From NCBI GenBank assembly GCA_036845085.1, contig DAIUEN010000017.1, positions 1-11,827 of the forward strand: 11,827 nt of DNA, given 5' to 3'. Source of the DNA: Candidatus Nanopusillus sp. (lineage in GTDB: Archaea > Nanobdellota > Nanobdellia > Nanobdellales > Nanobdellaceae). The position numbers were made by a program, and so were the translations under genes. The notes beneath the pieces are model-generated. The model was not told the DNA's origin, did no database searches, and saw only the letters and a program-made list of their open reading frames with translations. Positions 7,858 through 11,827 of this stretch are shown one piece after another. Positions within the stretch are counted from its first letter, which is position 1; each line of letters begins with the position of its first letter.

Positions 7858-8256
7858 ATGGTCATAGTTACTGTAGGTAAGAGAAAGACAGCCATTGCTA
7901 GAGCATATATAAAAGAGGGCAAAGGAAGGGTAAAAATAAATTCAATACCTATAGAAGTTTATAATCCTTGGTTAGCTAGGGTTAGGATTTTAGAACCGCT
8001 CGTACTTGCTGGTGAAGAATATATATCAAAAGTAGATATAAAGGTAATTGTAGAGGGTGGGGGAGTTATGGGTAAAGCAGATGCCGCTAGAACAGCAATA
8101 GCAAAAGCGTTAGTCAAATATTTCGATGACGAAAAATTAAAAAATCTATTTATACAATATGATCCTTGGCTGTTAAAATCTGATGTAAGAAGAAAAGAAC
8201 AGAGAAAATCACCAACATCTAAGGCTAGAAAGCACTATACTACTGCATATAGATAA
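7858..8256 (+). CDS. rps9: 30S ribosomal protein S9 (uS9)
   Basis: 132 aa. Shows GKRKTAIARAYIKEGKGRVKIN, GGGVMGKADAARTAIAKALV and LLKSDVRRKEQRK, and ends ...AYR. This is the typical archaeal uS9 pattern. Confidence 0.95.
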   Translation: MVIVTVGKRKTAIARAYIKEGKGRVKINSIPIEVYNPWLARVRILEPLVLAGEEYISKVDIKVIVEGGGVMGKADAARTAIAKALVKYFDDEKLKNLFIQYDPWLLKSDVRRKEQRKSPTSKARKHYTTAYR

Positions 8257-8257
8257 C

Positions 8258-8578
8258 TTATTCTATTTTTTCTACTTTTATATTTATATTTTCTTTACTA
8301 GTTTCTTCTCTTTTATTAGTTTCTTCTTCATGAGATTTTATAGAATATACTGCTCTAGAAACAATCCATATTTGCCCCATAGCTCTAATAAGCAAATGCT
8401 GCACTAATAATCCTTTTACACCTCTTCCTACAAGAGATGGATTTAATACTTTTATTTTCCAACCATATACTTTATTTCCTTCTATTACTGCATCTAGCAC
8501 TTCTCCTAATAGATACCCATCCTCCGTATATACTTTACTTCCATAAGTTTGGGATATCTTTTTTAAGTTAATAGCCAT
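8258..8578 (-). CDS. PRC-barrel domain protein with a charged C-terminal tail
   Basis: 106 aa. GSKVYTEDGYLLGEVLDAVIEGNKVYGWKIKV...GLLVQHLLIRAMGQIWIVS matches the small archaeal PRC-barrel pattern (G.kVy..dG..lG.V.D..id). The tail is HEEETNKREETSKEN. Family assignment is from memory of the motif only. Confidence 0.6.
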   Translation of the reverse strand: MAINLKKISQTYGSKVYTEDGYLLGEVLDAVIEGNKVYGWKIKVLNPSLVGRGVKGLLVQHLLIRAMGQIWIVSRAVYSIKSHEEETNKREETSKENINIKVEKIE

Positions 8579-8642
8579 ATTATAATTGAGAATTTCAATA
8601 TTTAAATTGTTTACTTATAAACCTAAATTTTAATAAAATAAA
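8579..8642. promoter_or_regulatory. Divergent promoter region with back-to-back TATA-like boxes for the PRC-barrel gene (-) and cdc48 (+)
   Basis: CTTATAAA at 8614-8621 is centred about 25 nt upstream of the cdc48 ATG at 8643. ATATTTAAATT at 8598-8608 is centred about 25 nt upstream of the minus-strand ATG at 8578. This spacing fits archaeal TATA-to-TSS distances with leaderless mRNAs. TATA-like strings are common by chance in such AT-rich DNA. Confidence 0.35.
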
Positions 8643-11012
8643 ATGGTCGGCAATAATGATTCTAATAGAGTACCAGAAGTAAAATTAAAAGTTGCTGGTG
8701 CGTATCAGAATGATATTGGTAAAGGAATAGTAAGAATAGACGCAGAAGTTATGAGAAAATTAGGAATAAAAGTTGGAGACGTTGTAGAAATAGAAGGAAA
8801 AAGAAAAACTGTCGCTATAGCACAATTATCTTTACCTCAAGATGTTGGTTTAGGTATTATAAGGATGGATGTAACTGTAAGAAGAAATGCTGGTGCTACA
8901 TTCGGAGGATACGTTACTGTTAGAAAAGCAGAAGTAAAAGAAGCTTCAAGAGTAATCTTAGCTCCAGCTGTAAAGAATGTTACTTATAGTATACATCCAA
9001 CATATTTGAAAAGAATGCTTTTGGGAAGACCTCTAGTTAAGGGAGACTATATAGTAATATCTTTATCTTCTCTTTATGGTAAATATAGCCCATTTTCTGA
9101 AATATTTTCTATAGAAGACTTTTTTTCTTTTAGCTTTGGTGGTGAAATAAAATTGGTGGTTGTAAATACAAATCCTAAAGGAGCGGTAATAGTTACTGAA
9201 GAAACAGAGATAGAATTATTACCTCAAGCTCCAGAAATAAGAGAAGAAGTTCCAGAAGTTGGATATGAAGATATTGGAGGAATGGATGATGTAGTTAGAA
9301 AAGTAAGAGAAATGGTTGAATTACCTTTAAAACATCCAGAAATATTCGAAAAATTAGGAATTGAACCTCCAAAAGGTGTATTGCTATATGGTCCTCCAGG
9401 TACAGGTAAAACACTATTAGCTAAAGCAGTTGCAAACGAATCTGGAGCACATTTCATTGCTATAAATGGGCCAGAAATAATTTCTAAATATGTTGGAGAA
9501 TCTGAAAAGAAGCTGAGAGATATATTTGAAGAAGCTAGAAAAAATGCTCCAGCAATTATATTTATTGACGAAATAGACGCAATAGCACCTAAGAGAGAAG
9601 GAGATACTAGTGAAGTAGAGAGAAGACTTGTTGCTCAATTACTTACATTAATGGATGGATTAAAAGAAAGAGGTAAGGTAATTGTAATAGCTGCTACTAA
9701 TAGACCTGATGCTATAGATCCTGCATTAAGGAGACCGGGAAGATTTGATAGAGAAATAGAAGTTCCAGTACCTGATGAGGAAGGAAGGTATCAAATACTG
9801 AAAATACATACTAGAAAAGTTCCATTAGGAAAATTAGAAGGAGAAAAATATGTTTTATTATCTGAAGAAGAGAAAGATAAATTACTTAGGAAATTAGCTT
9901 CAATTACTTATGGATATGTTGGAGCTGACTTAGCAGCTTTAGTAAAAGAAGCTGCTATGAATGTAATCAGAAGATTAATACCAGAAATAGAAAAATATGA
10001 AGATAGAGAAATACCTACAGAGTTATATGAAAAACTTGTAGTTACGGAGGAAGATTTTATGGAGGCTTTGAAAATGATTCATCCATCTGCTATGAGAGAA
10101 GTATATGTTGAAGTTCCTAAAGTTAGATGGGGAGACATTGGTGGTTTGGAAGATGTGAAACAACAGTTAAGAGAAATAGTAGAGTGGCCAATAAAATATA
10201 AAAAAATATTCGAAAAATTAGGAATTGAACCTCCAAAAGGTGTATTGCTATATGGTCCTCCAGGTACAGGTAAAACACTATTAGCTAAAGCAGTTGCAAA
10301 CGAATCTGGAGCTAATTTCATTGCAATCAAAGGACCAGAAATATTTTCTAAATGGGTTGGAGAATCTGAAAGAAGAATTAGAGAAATATTCAGAAAAGCA
10401 AAACAAGTAGCCCCAGCAATTATATTTATTGACGAAATAGACGCAATAGCACCGAGGAGAGGTACTCATATTGGAAGCAACGTCTATGATACTGTAGTAA
10501 ATCAGCTATTAGCTGAAATGGATGGAATAACATCTAGAGGAGATGTAATGGTTATAGCTGCTACAAATAGACCAGATCAAGTAGATCCTGCTTTATTAAG
10601 ACCTGGAAGGTTTGATAGGATAGTATATGTCCCACCACCAGATTATAAGTCTAGATTAGAAATATTAAAAGTTCATACAAGAAATATTCCTTTATCATCA
10701 GACGTAAATCTAGAAGAAATAGCAAGATTAACTGAAGGATATTCGGGAGCAGATTTAGCATTACTAGTCAAAGAAGCTGCTATGTTTGAAATTAGAAAAA
10801 TATACGAACATTTATCTAAAGAAAGATTGACTGAAAAAGAAATAATGGATAAGCTTTTAGAGTTAGATATTAAAGTTACTATGGAAGATTTCAAAAAAGC
10901 TCTAGAAAAAGTAAGACCATCTATTACAAAAGAAATGGAAGAATATTATAAAAATTTTGCAGAAACATTTAGAAGAAAATATATAGAAGGGGATAGAAAA
11001 TATTATGGATAG
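8643..11012 (+). CDS. cdc48: Cdc48/VAT/p97-type AAA+ ATPase (N domain plus D1 and D2)
   Basis: 789 aa. The N domain reads [40 protein letters not shown]1 Walker A GPPGTGKT is at nt 9390-9413, with pore loop KYVGESE and Walker [14 protein letters not shown]2 Walker A is at nt 10254-10277, with pore loop KWVGESE and Walker [13 protein letters not shown]. The C-terminal tripeptide Y-Y-G is compatible with an HbYX-type proteasome-docking tail. Confidence 0.97.
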   Translation: MVGNNDSNRVPEVKLKVAGAYQNDIGKGIVRIDAEVMRKLGIKVGDVVEIEGKRKTVAIAQLSLPQDVGLGIIRMDVTVRRNAGATFGGYVTVRKAEVKEASRVILAPAVKNVTYSIHPTYLKRMLLGRPLVKGDYIVISLSSLYGKYSPFSEIFSIEDFFSFSFGGEIKLVVVNTNPKGAVIVTEETEIELLPQAPEIREEVPEVGYEDIGGMDDVVRKVREMVELPLKHPEIFEKLGIEPPKGVLLYGPPGTGKTLLAKAVANESGAHFIAINGPEIISKYVGESEKKLRDIFEEARKNAPAIIFIDEIDAIAPKREGDTSEVERRLVAQLLTLMDGLKERGKVIVIAATNRPDAIDPALRRPGRFDREIEVPVPDEEGRYQILKIHTRKVPLGKLEGEKYVLLSEEEKDKLLRKLASITYGYVGADLAALVKEAAMNVIRRLIPEIEKYEDREIPTELYEKLVVTEEDFMEALKMIHPSAMREVYVEVPKVRWGDIGGLEDVKQQLREIVEWPIKYKKIFEKLGIEPPKGVLLYGPPGTGKTLLAKAVANESGANFIAIKGPEIFSKWVGESERRIREIFRKAKQVAPAIIFIDEIDAIAPRRGTHIGSNVYDTVVNQLLAEMDGITSRGDVMVIAATNRPDQVDPALLRPGRFDRIVYVPPPDYKSRLEILKVHTRNIPLSSDVNLEEIARLTEGYSGADLALLVKEAAMFEIRKIYEHLSKERLTEKEIMDKLLELDIKVTMEDFKKALEKVRPSITKEMEEYYKNFAETFRRKYIEGDRKYYG
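9340..9589 (+). repeat. Intragenic direct repeat, copy 1 (cdc48 D1, Walker A to Walker B)
   Basis: Hand alignment at an offset of exactly 864 nt. 9340-9448 is identical to 10204-10312 (109/109). 9549-9589 is identical to 10413-10453 (41/41). The 100 nt between them differ at 27 positions, giving about 223/250 identity overall. Confidence 0.9.
10204..10453 (+). repeat. Intragenic direct repeat, copy 2 (cdc48 D2, Walker A to Walker B)
   Basis: Partner of 9340-9589. The offset of 864 nt is 288 codons, so the two copies are in the same reading frame. Confidence 0.9.
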
Positions 11013-11715
11013 GTATGTATCTCAATTTTTGTTTTTTAGAGATATAAATAGAAAAATATTTTCATCAACGGTTACAATTATAGGAATTGGAGGATTAGGT
11101 TCATATCTTTCTGAAATTTTGGCTAGAATGGGGGTAAAAAAAATTATCTTAGTAGATTTTGACAAAGTAGAAGAAAAAAACCTTAATAGACAAAACTTTA
11201 TCTTAGAAGATATAGGAAAATATAAAGTAGATGCTATAGAAAAAAGATTGAAGAGTATAAGGAATGATATAGAAATAGAGAAATACTTAGAAATAAATGA
11301 AAAAGTATTAGAATCTGATATGTTATTTGATTGTACTGATAATATAAATTCCAAATATTTAATAAACGAATTTTCTGTATATTTAGGAAAACCATACATT
11401 TTTGGTAGTGTAGTTATGGATAGAGGCTTTGTGGGTCTAATAAATCCAAATGAATTTTGCTTGTATGATATATATCTAGGAAAAGAAGATTTGATTTCTT
11501 GTGAAACAGCAGGAGTAGATCCATCATCTATATTATTTGCTTCTTCAATTATGGCGAAACTCTTTATTAAATATTTAGAAGGAGACAGAAATTCTGTAGT
11601 ATATCATTTTAATACTAATAAAAAATTTTACATAGAAGAAATAAAAGTTGTTAGAAGAGAATGTCCAATTTGTGTAAAAAAAGATTATAAATTCATATGG
11701 AAATATATGAAATAA
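11005..11715 (+). CDS. ThiF/MoeB/HesA-family E1-like adenylyltransferase (stand-alone, no rhodanese domain)
   Basis: 236 aa. Begins RYVSQFLF...VTIIGIGGLGSYLSEILARMGVKKIILVDFDKVEEKNLNRQ, with the nucleotide-binding GxGGxG at nt 11083-11103. A Cys-containing SCETAGVDPSSILFASSIMA region follows, and one CPIC zinc-type motif lies near the C-terminus. The ATG overlaps the cdc48 3' end by 8 nt. An SD-like AAGGGGAT lies at 10987-10994. Confidence 0.85.
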   Translation: MDRYVSQFLFFRDINRKIFSSTVTIIGIGGLGSYLSEILARMGVKKIILVDFDKVEEKNLNRQNFILEDIGKYKVDAIEKRLKSIRNDIEIEKYLEINEKVLESDMLFDCTDNINSKYLINEFSVYLGKPYIFGSVVMDRGFVGLINPNEFCLYDIYLGKEDLISCETAGVDPSSILFASSIMAKLFIKYLEGDRNSVVYHFNTNKKFYIEEIKVVRRECPICVKKDYKFIWKYMK

Positions 11716-11827
11716 TTGTTGAGATAAAGAAAAAATCAGAATTAAAAAATATATCTGATAAAATATTGGAAAAGATAGTAATTAGGGAATTAAGCAAAAG
11801 AAAATATCTATATAATATCATAAAAAA
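11697..11827 (+). CDS. 5' part of an unidentified ORF running off the window
   Basis: The ATG at 11697 opens a frame (MEIYEIIVEIKKKSELKNISDKILEKIVIRELSKRKYLYNIIK...) that stays open to the window end. It overlaps the E1-like gene by 19 nt on the same strand. The composition resembles the other genes here, but I recognise no family. Confidence 0.3.
   Translation, partial: MEIYEIIVEIKKKSELKNISDKILEKIVIRELSKRKYLYNIIK

Noticed and set aside
9340-10453. The repeat pair considered as a CRISPR array, IS element ends or a duplicated mobile segment.
   Set aside because: There are only two copies. Both are in frame within homologous positions of paralogous AAA domains. There is no spacer/repeat periodicity, no terminal inverted repeats and no transposase.
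9224-10469. Four antisense ORFs inside cdc48 (9224-9457, 9417-9638, 10079-10330 and 10281-10469, all minus strand). Two of them share the peptide [36 protein letters not shown].
   Set aside because: They are mirror images of the D1/D2 repeat on the non-coding strand. Their composition is S/F/P/N-rich and low in complexity, typical of the antisense of K/E-rich genes. The shared peptide is fully explained by the 109-bp repeat, and cdc48 is unambiguous on the plus strand.
10673-10894. 73-aa minus-strand ORF inside the cdc48 3' region.
   Set aside because: It is an antisense shadow ORF with serine/isoleucine-rich, low-complexity sequence.
11022-11399. 125-aa minus-strand ORF opposite the E1-like gene.
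   Set aside because: The plus-strand frame carries the GxGGxG nucleotide-binding motif and the ThiF-family layout. The antisense product is F/S/I-rich and low in complexity. Its length is expected by chance because stop codons are depleted opposite purine-rich codons.
1-11827. Scan for tRNA or rRNA genes, split tRNA halves, inteins and integrated elements.
   Set aside because: There are no GC-rich islands of tRNA size in any spacer; the longest spacer is about 70 nt and AT-rich. Protein lengths of lysS, aspS and cdc48 are normal with no intein-sized inserts. No integrase, transposase or att-like repeats are present.

Overview
Very AT-rich (G+C well under 30% by eye, not computed), tightly packed archaeal housekeeping DNA. 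I support 13 complete or near-complete protein genes plus one truncated ORF at the 3' edge. There is no rRNA, tRNA, CRISPR array, transposase or integrase. The archaeal assignment rests on ribosomal protein L18e, an archaeal/eukaryal-type AspRS, a Cdc48/VAT double-AAA ATPase, a PRC-barrel protein and a KaiC-like ATPase. Spacers are short and TATA-like, consistent with leaderless transcripts. K/E/I/Y-rich proteins, AGA/AGG arginine codons, purine-rich sense strands, overlapping genes and broken ribosomal-operon synteny suggest a small-genome thermophile (Nanoarchaeota/DPANN-like); that is inference only. Gene order: HExxH orphan protein; class II LysRS; prephenate dehydratase with a defective 5' end; AspRS and an endonuclease III-related HhH-GPD protein on the minus strand; dCTP deaminase; L18e; L13; KaiC-like ATPase; S9; PRC-barrel protein on the minus strand; Cdc48; ThiF/MoeB-type E1-like enzyme; partial ORF. 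No obviously novel multi-gene system is visible. The strongest observations are: (1) the Walker A to Walker B parts of the two Cdc48 AAA domains are homogenised at the nucleotide level, with a 109-bp perfect in-frame direct repeat 864 bp apart, implying intragenic gene conversion; (2) pheA lacks any canonical start in its frame and needs a 1-nt shift in an A4 run; (3) a KaiC-like ATPase splits the near-universal L13-S9 pair; (4) cdc48, the E1-like gene and the next ORF form an overlapping chain.
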